A stretch of DNA of 63,907 nucleotides, filler included, from Octopus bimaculoides (taxonomy: Eukaryota), in assembly GCF_001194135.2 (NCBI RefSeq). It is 5 parts of 4 records of this genome, joined end to end, with 100 filler letters (N's around TTAATTAATTAA, not from the genome) between each part and the next. Parts side by side here need not be neighbours in the genome. Positions count along the whole stretch, not along the records: positions 1 to 6,452 come from NW_026365391.1; positions 6,553 to 15,898 come from NC_068983.1; 3 more parts are not named here. One strand, written 5' to 3'. Shown in pieces: positions 1 through 10,840 of the stretch. The position numbers and the translations under genes were made by a program. Position 1 is the stretch's first letter, and each line of letters opens with the position of its first letter. Below the pieces are notes generated by a model, which searched no databases, was not told the DNA's origin, and was given only the letters and a program-made list of their open reading frames with translations.

Positions 1-216
1 TATATTTATATAATGTATATGTATAAAGCTAAAAAAATGTCCAATCATGAACATTTGAAATACATTTTCATGACTTGCCAAAACAAAAATTGTGAAAAAA
101 AAAGTCAAAAAAAAAAAAATTTATTAAAAATTCATATAATTAATTTAATATTTAAAATTTTTTTTTCCTTATCTGTGTCANNNNNNNNNNTGTGTGTGTG
201 TGAGAAATAAGAATTA

Positions 217-269
<53 letters not shown>

Positions 270-538
270 CACACACCCCCAAACGTGTATACACACACAA
301 GCGTGTATACACACAAACGTGTATACACTGTGAGTGGCTGAAATCCAGTGTATGACAAAGTCTATGAATATGTCCGTGTTTAATTTAGAAACGAAACTAC
401 CAAGTTTCCTGCCATACAAGTTGAAGTTTTCAGGCCAAAATTTACTTGTATGCCAGAAAATATGGTGTGTATATCAGAGGGGGTACACAAAAGAAACCAG
501 AATTTTACAATATTATTTTATTTGCTTAGTTTTACATT

Positions 539-716
539 CAGTTCTATATTTAAGAGATGAGGAATTATTTACATTATCTACATTTGACGGATATTCGTAC
601 TCATCTTGTTTGTTGTTAACACATTTCGGCTGATATACCCTCCAGCCTTCGTCAGGTGTCTTGGGGGAAATTTCGAACCTGGGTTCTCATTCCTATCGAT
701 GTTACTATTATTAAAA
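539..716 (-). mobile_element. 3' part of a hammerhead-bearing SINE-like element (inverted copy, runs into a gap)
   Basis: Reverse complement of about 865-1012, with about 9 differences and an extra 3' stretch AATTCCTCATCTCTTAAATATAGAACTG. Confidence 0.85.
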
Positions 717-755
717 NNNNNNNNNNNNNNNNNNNNNNNNNNNNNNNNNNNNNNN

Positions 756-1012
756 CATATGGCGTAGTGGTTAAGAGCGCGGGCTACTAACCCCAAGGTT
801 CCGAGTTCGATTCACGGCAGCGACCTGATTAATAATAGTAATAATAATAATAATAATGATAATAATAGTAACATCGATAGGAATGACAACCCAGGTTCGA
901 AATTTCCCCAAGACACCTGACGAAGGCTGGAGGGTATATCAGCTGAAACGTTGTGTTAACAACAAACAAGATGGGGACAAATATCCATCAAATGTAAATA
1001 ATGTAAATAATG
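756..1012 (+). mobile_element. tRNA-headed SINE-like element: Pol III head, (TAA)n, Penelope-like tail with hammerhead motif
   Basis: A box TGGCGTAGTGG at 760-770, B box GAGTTCGATTC at 803-813, TAA repeat at about 829-870, and a tail ending in AATGTAAAT repeats. Confidence 0.8.
912..957 (+). ncRNA. Minimal type I hammerhead ribozyme motif
   Basis: GACAC-CUGACGA-A-GGCUG(10-nt loop)CAGCU-GAA-ACGU-U/GUGUU: stem I 5 bp, stem II 5 bp, palindromic ACGU in place of stem III, predicted cleavage after U952. Confidence 0.65.
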
Positions 1013-1500
1013 TAGTTTTACATTGTTTACACTTTTATCATCTTCAGAGTATTCTCCATTTAAAGCAATGCGATCGGTCCAAACGCGTTTCCCACTGTGT
1101 TCGAAGCAGTCTTGGAATTCTTGCGAAGTGATTCCTTTTAATTCCTCTGTCGCTTTTTTCTGTGCCTCTTTCCGCATCAATACCAGCTTTTGTCACCAGT
1201 GATGACCTTCAAAAAAAAATGCCTGGATTAACTTTCAGCTGTTCTTTCAGTTCACGATGTGCATTCAGTCGTGGCTGCTTTTGATCTTATTTGAGCAAGC
1301 GAGGCACAAATTTTGCATGGAAATAAACGCACATGCCCTGATCATCACGAATAATTCTATGTTAGTAGTGAACAACTACTAGATTGACCAGCTGTGGACC
1401 ACAGTCCCTCCTGAATTTGAAAGTGAAGACACACATGGAAGAATGTGCAGCTACAGATACAAAGTGCATTCCAGAAGTTTGCAGACATTTTCAGGAGAGA

Positions 1501-1935
1501 CTCTTTACTCTCTCTTTTACACTTTTACTTGTTTCAGTCATTTGACTGCGGCCATGCTGGAGCACCGCCTTTAGTCGGGTAAATCGACCCCAGGACTTAT
1601 TCTTTGTAAGCCTAGTACTTATTCTATCGGTGTCTCTTTTGCCAAACCGCTAAGTGACGGGGACGTAAACACACACCCATCGGTTGTCAAGCAATGCTAG
1701 GGGAACAAACACACACATACACACATACATACACACATACATACACACATACATACACACATATATACATATATATGACAGGCTTCTTTCAGTTTCCGTC
1801 TACCAAATCCACTCACAAGGCTTTGGTCGGCCTGAGGCTATAGTAGAAGTCACTTTCCCAAGGTGCCACGCAATGGGAATGAACCTGGAACCATGTGGTT
1901 GGTAAGCAAGCTACTTACCACACAGCCACTCCTAC
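1501..1935 (-). mobile_element. SINE family A, full length (tRNA head, internal microsatellite, LINE-like tail)
   Basis: Near-identical blocks at 4294-4743, 31060-31469, 42541-42950 and 59239-59405. The head reads GGAGTGGCTGTGTGGTAAGTAGCTT...GGTTCAGTCCC. Confidence 0.85.
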
Positions 1936-2483
1936 ATGGTTCTCTGGGAATATGTACCATGTCTATCTAGGAGAATAACCAGCCATTGACCACAGTTCAC
2001 TTTGATATTAGTCATGGATATGTATTATATCTGAGGGAATAACCAACTGTAGGTGACAATCCCTCCTGAGTTTGATAAAGAAATATTAGATTCATATGGT
2101 AGAATGTGTGGCTGACAATAATTGTCCATGTAAACTTTGATAAAGGATAGGCACTAAGTTATGTGGGCATTTGTCCGACGAGTGACCACAGTCTACCTTG
2201 ATGTTAGTGAATATACAGCAGGTTTGTATTGGAGAATGTCCAGTCACAGACAGCTGCCTTCTTAGATGTTGGTAGTCAACAGGTTTAATGTTGGATTGTC
2301 GAACCATTGATGAAGGTGAGATGGTCACACCATCTGACCTCTGTGCTGAGATATCAACAATTAATTCAATAATGATCCAGTAAGTTACCACATGGTGTGA
2401 TCAGATGAATCAGAAATTCAGTTGACATTTACAAATCATAGGTTCGAACATACAGGTGTCTTCTGTTTGTGTATGTGTATATG

Positions 2484-2515
<32 letters not shown>

Positions 2516-2576
2516 ATATGTATGTATGTATGTGGGAACATACACAAATATATATTTAATCCTATCTGCTATGAGA

Positions 2577-2855
2577 AGCTGGCAGAGTCGTTTTCATCCT
2601 TTTGGGGTCGATAAATTAAGTACCAGTTACGCACTGGGGTCGATGTAATCGACTTAATCCTTTTGTCTGTCCTTGTTTGTCCCCTCTATGTTTAGCCCCT
2701 TGTGAGCAATAAAGAAATAAGACTCGTTAGTACGTTGGGCAAAATGCTTAGCGGTATTTCGTCTGTCTTTACGTTCTGAGTTCAAATTCCACCGAGGTCA
2801 ACTTTACCGTTCATCCTTTCGGCGGGGTCGATAAATTAAGTACCAGTTGCGTACT
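2577..2855 (+). mobile_element. Two tandem SINE family B copies
   Basis: Shared core TTCATCCTTTCGGGGTCGATAAATTAAGTACCAGTT, also at 7434, 9281, 30281(-), 57140 and 63410. Confidence 0.8.
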
Positions 2856-3400
2856 NNNNNNNNNNNNNNNNNNNNNNNNNNNNNNNNNNNNNNNNNNNNN
2901 NNNNNNNNNNNNNNNNNNNNNNNNNNNNNNNNNNNNNNNNNNNNNNNNNNNNNNNNNNNNNNNNNNNNNNNNNNNNNNNNNNNNNNNNNNNNNNNNNNNN
3001 NNNNNNNNNNNNNNNNNNNNNNNNNNNNNNNNNNNNNNNNNNNNNNNNNNNNNNNNNNNNNNNNNNNNNNNNNNNNNNNNNNNNNNNNNNNNNNNNNNNN
3101 NNNNNNNNNNNNNNNNNNNNNNNNNNNNNNNNNNNNNNNNNNNNNNNNNNNNNNNNNNNNNNNNNNNNNNNNNNNNNNNNNNNNNNNNNNNNNNNNNNNN
3201 NNNNNNNNNNNNNNNNNNNNNNNNNNNNNNNNNNNNNNNNNNNNNNNNNNNNNNNNNNNNNNNNNNNNNNNNNNNNNNNNNNNNNNNNNNNNNNNNNNNN
3301 NNNNNNNNNNNNNNNNNNNNNNNNNNNNNNNNNNNNNNNNNNNNNNNNNNNNNNNNNNNNNNNNNNNNNNNNNNNNNNNNNNNNNNNNNNNNNNNNNNNN
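2856..3400. other. Assembly gap (N run)
   Basis: Run of N. Other large gaps: 13015-13340, 34318-34611, 35518-35879, 58626-59099. Confidence 0.99.
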
Positions 3401-3582
3401 ACCGTGTCTTGAAAGTGTTTTAGCTCATCAGATTGACGTTAGAAATTATTTTAAGTCTGATACTTATTGTATCGGCAATCTTTTGCCGAACCGCTAGGTT
3501 ACGGGACGTAAAAGAACGAACTCTGTCGAGCAGCGAGGGGAGACAAACACGAACATAAAGTCTCATACCCCCACCCCGCATA

Positions 3583-3855
3583 TCTATCTATCTGTCTGTC
3601 TGTCTGTCTATCTGTCTATCTATCTGTCTGTTCAGCCATTCATTTTTCTGTCTGTCTGTCTGTCTGTCCGTCCATTTATCAGTCTGTCTGTCTGTCTGTC
3701 CGTCCATTTATCTGTCTGTCTGTCTGTCTGTTCGTCCATTTATCTGTCTGTCTGTCTGTCTGTCCGTCCATTTATCTGTCTGTCTGTCCGTGCATTTGTC
3801 TGTCTGTCTGTCTGTCCGTCCGTCCATTTGTCTGTCTGTCTGTCTGTCTGTCTCT
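3583..3855. repeat. (TCTG)n-based compound microsatellite with a recurring TCCG-TCCA-TTTA unit
   Basis: Directly visible, about 7 units of roughly 28-32 bp. Confidence 0.9.
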
Positions 3856-4293
3856 TCTCTTTCACACGCTTTTACACACTTTCCGCCTATCGCCCCCCCC
3901 TCCTTCACACACTCTTGCACATTTCCTCTCTCTCTCTCTCTCCCCCTTATACTAAAACCTTTAACCAAAGATCGAGGCTCAACAATTGACGTTGAAGAAT
4001 CTAAGGGAAGAAACGGGAATCTAAGGGAAGTAACTAAGTTCTTCACCTGATTGCGTAAATAATAATGTAGTTACTTCCCATGCCTTCACACACCGATTCC
4101 AAGTTTCACTCTTAGAGAGAGGTAGCAAAAAGAAGAAAAAGAAGCGGAAGAAGGGGAGGAGGCGGAGGGAAAGTGGCAGAAGGGGAACGTTGTGTAATTT
4201 TGTTAAATTAGAACTTCTCTCTCTATGACAGGTAATTGCTTCGTCGATTTTTCAGAATGCTGACCGTCAAGGAATTTCATAAAGTCAAGACAT

Positions 4294-4743
4294 TATATAC
4301 GACGGGCTTCTTTCAGTTTCCGTCTACCAAATCCACTCACAAGGCTTTGGTTGGCCCGAGGCTATAGTAGAAGACACTTGCCCAGGGACTGAACCCGGGA
4401 CCATGTGGTTGGAAAGCAAGCTTTTTACGACACAGCCACGCCTGCGCCTATTTTGTTATTCTTTTATTTGTTTCAGTCAGTTGACTGCGGCCATGCTGGA
4501 GCACCACCTTTAGTCGAGCAAATCGAACCCAGGACTTATTCTTTGTAAACCTAATATTTATTCTAACGGTCTTTTTTTTTTGCCGAACCACTAAGTTACG
4601 GGTACATAAACACACCAGTATCGGTTGTTAAGCGATGAATATATATAGTAGAAGACACTTGCCTAAGACGCCAAGCAGTGGGACTGAACCCGGAATCATG
4701 TGGTTGGTAAGCAAACTACTAACCACACAGCCACGCATGCGCC
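4294..4743 (-). mobile_element. Two adjacent SINE family A copies
   Basis: Homologous to 42541-42950. Heads end at about 4448 and 4743. Confidence 0.85.
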
Positions 4744-5029
4744 TATATTCAAATTTCATAAACGAATATATAAATAACAGCTTATCGAGTATATTTCATT
4801 CAGTTTTGCCGTGATACATTGGCTAATATAGTTGTGGACACACACACACACACACACACAGATGTGGACGCACATACACACGTAAATGCTCAAACACTAC
4901 CACGTAGACAAGCACACTCACATACACACAAACACTCACTCTCACTCGCGCGCGCGAAATTAAGTTGAGATGGTCATGGGCAGAATGTCATACCCCTTTA
5001 ACCACAAGCTCACCTCGTTAATCAAAGCG

Positions 5030-5260
5030 GACCTGGGGTTAAAGAACAAGAAAGTGATCATTATTTTTATCGCGGTCCCAGGATCACAAACATTCGAGGA
5101 AGGCTGTTCTAATCAAATGGATCCACGTAGCCTGTTGCTACTTCCTTTTATCGGCCCAAGGAAGAGGAAAGTCACCGTCGACATCGACGAAATTCGAACT
5201 GGAGACGTAAAGGGATGGAAATGAAAACCGCAAGGCATTTTGTTCGACTCACTGTGTGAG
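5030..5260 (-). mobile_element. Diverged SINE (family B-related)
   Basis: GGAAAGTCACCGTCGAC...GAAATTCGAACTGGAGACGTAAAG resembles the reverse complement of the family B head and core. Confidence 0.55.
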
Positions 5261-5648
5261 TTCGAATTCTGGCGCCGCAAACGTACGCGAGACCACGTGT
5301 TTGCGCGTCGGACTTCTCAATCATAAAGCCATGCTAGAATCTATGTAGAAAGAAAAGCTAGTAGGATATGGTCTGAGGAAGATTTGGCTGCTATTTCTAA
5401 CAATTATAGCAGCCAGGTAGATGTCTCCCCTCTTCCTCGATTGTTATTTGTTTTCATTGGTCTGTTGTATTAGTGTAGACAAGGGCAGCAACTCCTCTCT
5501 CCCTTCTATGGATTTTCTAATAGAGTTATCTCTTCTGCTCTTTCTTACCTTCCCACCTCTCCATGCATGCATGTGTGTGTGTGTGTGTGATCAATACAAC
5601 TTCCATCGCCTTTATTTCTATTCATCCTGGGCTACGTACAACATCAGT

Positions 5649-6025
5649 GGAGGCGCAATGGCCCAGTGGTTAGGGCAGCCGACTCGCGGTCATAGGATCC
5701 CGGTTTCGATTCCCAGACCGGGCGTTGTGAGTGTTTATTGAGCGAAAACACCTAAAGCTCCACGAGGCTCTGGCAGGGGATGGTGGCGAACCCTGCTGTA
5801 CTCTTCCACCACAACTTTCTCTCACTCTCACTTCCTGTTTCTGTTGTACCTGTAATTCAAAGTGTCAGCTTTGTCACACTGTGTCACGCTGAATATCCCC
5901 ATGAACTACGTTAAGGGCACAAGAGTCTGTGGAGTGCTCAACCACTTGCAGGTTAATTTCACGAACAGGCTGTTCTGTTGATCGGATCAACTGGAACCCT
6001 TGACGTCGTAAGCGACGGAGTGCCA
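5649..6025 (+). mobile_element. SINE family C, full length
   Basis: tRNA-like head GGAGGCGCAATGGCCCAGTGGTTAGG...GGTTTCGATTCCC. The tail ...GATCGGATCAACTGGAACCC...GACGGAGTGCCA recurs at 15142-15458(-) and 38309-38628(-). Confidence 0.85.
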
Positions 6026-6394
6026 ACTCGTACGTCATCAACGTTCTTTCAATCACTTTGAATTTATAACCTAGTACCCGATTCTCGCTCTGCATGCAGT
6101 AACAGTGGATACTGGATTCTGGTGAGACTCAAAAGAAGTAGAAATCCAGGTGTAAGAATGCCACTGCCGGTGCTGGGCGTTTGTCGCCTGCCTAATATAT
6201 TTGTTGATTCTTAACACTATATGTCTATAAGAAATACTTTCTCGAGACGAAGAGCGCAGATTAGAAGGCTTTCAACACTATGTATATACTTCGAGTGTGA
6301 TATACAGATTACTAATTTGAACTAATACTGCTTCCTTTGCTACTATATATATATATATATATAGTATGGATGCGTGTATATTTATGTGCACACA

Positions 6395-6452
<58 letters not shown>

Positions 6453-6552
6453 NNNNNNNNNNNNNNNNNNNNNNNNNNNNNNNNNNNNNNNNNNNNTTAA
6501 TTAATTAANNNNNNNNNNNNNNNNNNNNNNNNNNNNNNNNNNNNNNNNNNNN
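6453..6552. other. Artificial 100-bp gap spacer N44-TTAATTAATTAA-N44
   Basis: The identical layout occurs at 15899-15998, 27034-27133 and 55143-55242. Confidence 0.95.
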
Positions 6553-6670
6553 TATATACATATATCTGTCTATCTATCTAACTATCTATCTATCTATCTA
6601 TCTATCTGTCTATCTATCTATCTATCTATCTATCGATCGATCGATCTATCTATTATGTATGCATTTGTAG

Positions 6671-6781
6671 TTGATCCATGTAGCAGTGATCCTTGTGAAA
6701 ATGGAGGAACGTGTACAAATAATAACACAGATTTCATATGCCAGTGTCCACCGGGATTTCAAGGAACTAACTGCGCCCTTG
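6671..6781 (+). CDS. EGF-like exon 1: xDPCSSDPCENGGTCTNNNTDFICQCPPGFQGTNCAL
   Basis: tttgtag| acceptor, |gtaggt donor, 111 nt, phase 1-1, six-Cys EGF spacing. Confidence 0.95.
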
Positions 6782-7433
6782 GTAGGTTCAGTTTTTGTGT
6801 CATCTTTTTAATATAACTAATTCAAAGTATTTCTGATGAATTTCCTTATAATATATTTGTTGTTCGTACAGGTTTGTAGAGGTAAGAGTAGTCTTCAAGT
6901 GAGCAAAACCTGTAGCCCGGTTTCAGTTCTTTGTTGAACATCACTGCAAATCATTGTATTCCTCTTCCTTTTACTTAACAAATAACTTGTACCTTGGTTT
7001 CATAAATAAAACCAATACACCATCCGTATTATATATAAAAATATCCATATATCGTATACGAATAGGTAGGTTAAATAATTAGTATAGGCAGCAGACAACC
7101 AATTTACATGTCAAAGAATTGGCACTATATGCCTGCAATTTTGGTACATCTATGGTGAATACTTTTAATTTTCAACAGTACAGGTATAATAGATATTTAC
7201 AGCAGAATGTTAGACTTTAACACTAAACAAATGACAATTCTATTTAAATCAAGCTGTTGATATAGAGAGGCCAAAAAGAAATAGAATATAGGAACAGAAT
7301 TTATCCATTATTCCTATTATCACATAATCAAGACCCAACGACAGTGTAGTGATATGAAACTATAAATTTCATACCATCTGCTTTACATTTACCTGAAATA
7401 AAGAAACATAGCTATGTTGGTGATGTCTAGATT

Positions 7434-7636
7434 GCGAGCTGGCAGAATTGTAGAGCATTGGAAAATGCTTAATAATGTTTCTGCGGCTCTTAACGTCCTC
7501 AGTTCAAATTCTGCTGAGATCAACTTTGCCTTTCATCCTTTTAGGGTCGATGAATTAAATACCAGTTGAACATTGGAGTCGATGTAATCGATTATACCCT
7601 ACTCCTAAAATTGCTGGCCTTGTACTGAAATTTGAA
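7434..7636 (+). mobile_element. SINE family B in EGF intron 1
   Basis: GCGAGCTGGCAGAAT...TTCATCCTTTTAGGGTCGATGAATTAAATACCAGTT. Confidence 0.8.
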
Positions 7637-7871
7637 AATTTCTATTAAGCGGCAAGAGACATTGTCGTACATTTACGGTCGCTGACTTAACGCTACTTCA
7701 TAGAATCAAATATTATTGTTTATAGAAAATAAAACAAAGGTTAATATAACAGTCTATATGTGTATTTTAAATGAATATTATAACCCGCCACCCGCTTGCT
7801 TGTTTCAGTACACAATCTCAAAATTAAAGCTTCAAAATTGTGAATGCTAAAGATTTGCAATCTATTTCCAG

Positions 7872-7982
7872 TTGAGCCATGCAGCAGCAGACCCTGTAAG
7901 AATAAGGGGATATGTTCGAACCACGGAACAAATTATACGTGCCAGTGCTTACCAGGATTTAGAGGCGATAATTGTGATATAG
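7872..7982 (+). CDS. EGF-like exon 2: VEPCSSRPCKNKGICSNHGTNYTCQCLPGFRGDNCDI
   Basis: tatttccag| acceptor, |gtagga donor, 111 nt, phase 1-1. Confidence 0.95.
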   Translation: MSHAAADPVRIRGYVRTTEQIIRASAYQDLEAIIVI

Positions 7983-8589
7983 GTAGGAAAACTATGTCAA
8001 CTTTGCTTGTTAACCACTAATAAATATAGAATTACAAATATATTTTACGATATTTTCCTGTTACATCTTTCAATGCTCTTAAAAACATTTTGCATAGGTA
8101 GATTTTCTAATGGACAAGACTTGGAATACGGCATGATATTAGCTTTTTAAAGAGCCAATCATACATATACTATCATCTATACAGTTCATTGAATTTTAAA
8201 AAAAAACAAGCAAACACACTGTTACCTTAATGGCCCATTTCAGCCGTATATCAATAGAATATACGGTATAAGCTGTGACTACATTGTATATTGGTTAGTG
8301 AATCGCTAGCTTATAGTAAGTACTGAAGTGCTTTGTTATGAATGCAGCTTTATAAATGAGACATTCCATCTGGAAATAACTTTCCTATAGTCTACTTTCA
8401 GAACACGAAAAACACTTTAATGCATTTATGATTCGGCAAATGATAGTGGTCTCATGCAGTCCAAGACAGACGCTTCTACAATTTCTCGTTGAACATTTCT
8501 GCGTAAATGATTTGTTTGTAGTGATCTCATGTGCTGCACACTAGCTCATTCCCTCCATCAAATCAGCGTAGCTTGAATATATGCATGTT

Positions 8590-8745
8590 GTGCCAGATGT
8601 CAGGTGTCGAAGTGATAACAGAGCAACGTGAGATGAAGCGTTTTGCTCAAGAACACAAAGCACCACTCGACCCAGATATTGAAATCACGATCTCGCGATC
8701 GTGAGTATAACACTCTGACCACTAGGCCATGCACTTTGACGATTC
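8590..8745 (-). mobile_element. Partial tRNA-headed SINE
   Basis: The reverse complement has a tRNA-like head and TGTGTTCTTGAGCAAAAC, like the element at 59973. Confidence 0.55.
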
Positions 8746-9280
8746 AACAAATAACATCTACATACCCCCCCCCCCATAATATATTGTGATCCATTCACTT
8801 GTAAGCACCTACTAATTTGGCAAAGAATAGCAGAAACAGGAAAAGGCTGCAATGAATTTGTTATACTATTTCATTAAGTCTCATATTTTGTGAGTTTATA
8901 TCTTGTAATATTGATAAAATAAATTCAGGTAATATGCTGTGGGTTGTATCAATTTCACTAACACAGCTATAGTGTGTATCTCCCCGGGGAGTTCTTGAAT
9001 TTTCCCCATCCCACTCCCTGTATACAGGCTTATACAGCAAACTCAAAAGTGCCGTCCATTCAAAGCGTCACCCGAGACAGATCTCCTTTGTCATCCACCT
9101 GGCTACGATAATAGCGAATTTAGCGTACCTTTCTACTGGAAATTAGTAATTAAATGCCAATGTATAAAAATTACAAAGAAATCTAACAAGTCTTCAGTTC
9201 TTTTTGAATCAGTTATAAATTACATAATTAAAGTAACCAATATATTTACCTATTATAAATATTATTTTTGTGGCATATAT

Positions 9281-9502
9281 AGCGGCGAGCTGACAGGATC
9301 GTTAACACGCTGGACGAAAATGCTTAGCGGTCTTTCGCCCGTTGCTACGTTCTGAGTTCGAATTACGCTGAGGTCGACTTTGCCTTTCATCCTTTCGAGG
9401 TCGATAAATTAAGTTCCAGTTACGCACTGGGATCGATGTAATCGTTTATCTCCCTCCCCCAAATTTCAGACCTTGTGCCTATAGTAGAAGGGATGATTAT
9501 TA

Positions 9503-9536
<34 letters not shown>
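9281..9536 (+). mobile_element. SINE family B with (ATT)n tail ending about 18 nt before the exon 3 acceptor
   Basis: Family B head and core, followed by an ATT repeat at about 9495-9536. Confidence 0.85.
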
Positions 9537-9537
<1 letters not shown>

Positions 9538-9554
9538 TTGTGGTATATTTCTAG

Positions 9555-9665
9555 TCGATCCATGTAGCAGTGGGCCATGTAATAATGGAGGAAACTGTTC
9601 AAATCAAGGATCGACATACCAATGCAACTGCCTTCCGGGATTTACAGGACAAGAATGCGAAATAG
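9555..9665 (+). CDS. EGF-like exon 3: [37 protein letters not shown]
   Basis: tatttctag| acceptor, |gttcgt donor, 111 nt, phase 1-1. Confidence 0.93.
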   Translation, partial: SIHVAVGHVIMEETVQIKDRHTNATAFRDLQDKNAK

Positions 9666-9707
9666 GTTCGTTCACAAACAAAACTTCTCAGTTTATATTA
9701 CAGCACA

Positions 9708-9925
9708 CAAGGGGTGCCGAAAATTTCCTGGCTTTGGGTAAAAGAAAATATAAATGGATCAGTTAATTATGATTTTATTCGACATATTTCTCCTCTCAGA
9801 TTCACGTACTTATCGCAGCGAACCTTCAGTTCTTTTAAGTCCTACAAACAAACGCGAAAGGTTGGGCTTTCAATCAGGCCTTCCACAATACCGTTAAAGC
9901 CACGAATTTTTCAGCACCCCCTCCT
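9708..9925. mobile_element. Mariner-type MITE
   Basis: Inverted termini GGGGTGCCGAAAATTTCCTGGCTTT and AAAGCCACGAATTTTTCAGCACCCC. Confidence 0.75.
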
Positions 9926-10840
9926 GTATATTAGAATAATACCATATACAAACCAAGATTTCCCAGAGTCCTGAAAGCCTAATTATAATAATTGATGATT
10001 AACGGAGATCATCAATATTGCGGTTAGAGGTTCTCATTGATATCAATATTCTCCCGTGAAAAAAAAATCAACAATGTAAAGAGATATACTCAATGGATTA
10101 TAGATACAAGTCAAAATGCCTTGTGTTTTTGCATGTCAAGTGATTATATTTGAAATTGTTTTGGTTCTTATTGTTAATGGATTCAATCAATGGATTGCGG
10201 CCAGACTGGAGTACCACCATAACCCTTTGTCTCTCCAAAACATTTTCATCAATTTGTCCGAAATGTTCATGTTTCTTTCAAACTTTAAGTCATCTTTTGT
10301 TTCATATGTTCCAAGTAATATAAAACTCTTCTTTTATAAGTCTCAAGTTACTTTTGTGGTTTTAAAGAAACTGGGAATGTGTATCACATATGATGCATGA
10401 ATGTCAGAAAAATATGCCTTGTGCATCACGTGTCATACACAATACAGGTTGAAGGATTTTGAACGATCATATCGACCCCAGTACTTTTTTCGGACCCAAG
10501 TACTTTTACATGCTAAGTCTTTTGCGGAATATCACTGGTGTTTTATACCGGGACACGCTCGCACATACACACACACACACACGTTTCTGTATTTTCCGTG
10601 TACCAAATACTACTGAAGGCTGTGGTAGAAGACATGAAGGTCTTGCTCTATGATATGAAACCCAGAATCATGAGTTCAGAACAAACACCTTAATTACACT
10701 ATTATGCCGGATTCAGATGCTAAAATCATGGCGGTACATTCAAAGTACAGTATTAGCCATTCAAACAAATAAGCGTCCTTGCATACACGCATACAGACAT
10801 ACGTATATACATACATTCACGCATACATGTATAAATAGCT

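Larger units (their letters stand above)
474..1500 (-). mobile_element. Internally deleted mariner-like DNA transposon remnant, interrupted by a retroelement insertion at 539-1012 and cut by a SINE at 1501
   Basis: The minus strand translates to FHAKFVPRLLK*DQKQPRLNAHRELKEQLKVNPGIFFLKVITGDKSWY (WVP-like motif and first catalytic Asp). This joins directly to the C-terminal KKATEELKGITSQEFQDCFEH...IALNGEYSEDDK. A TIR-like TA-TCAGAGGGGGTACACAAAAGAAACCAG lies at about 472-500. Confidence 0.8.

Noticed and set aside
756-830. tRNA gene (also 5649-5720, 59239-59310, 59973-60040)
   Set aside because: A and B boxes are present but there is no convincing cloverleaf or terminator, and each continues into a repeated SINE body.
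6497-6508. TTAATTAATTAA as a biological motif
   Set aside because: It always sits between exactly 44 Ns on each side, so it is an assembly placeholder.
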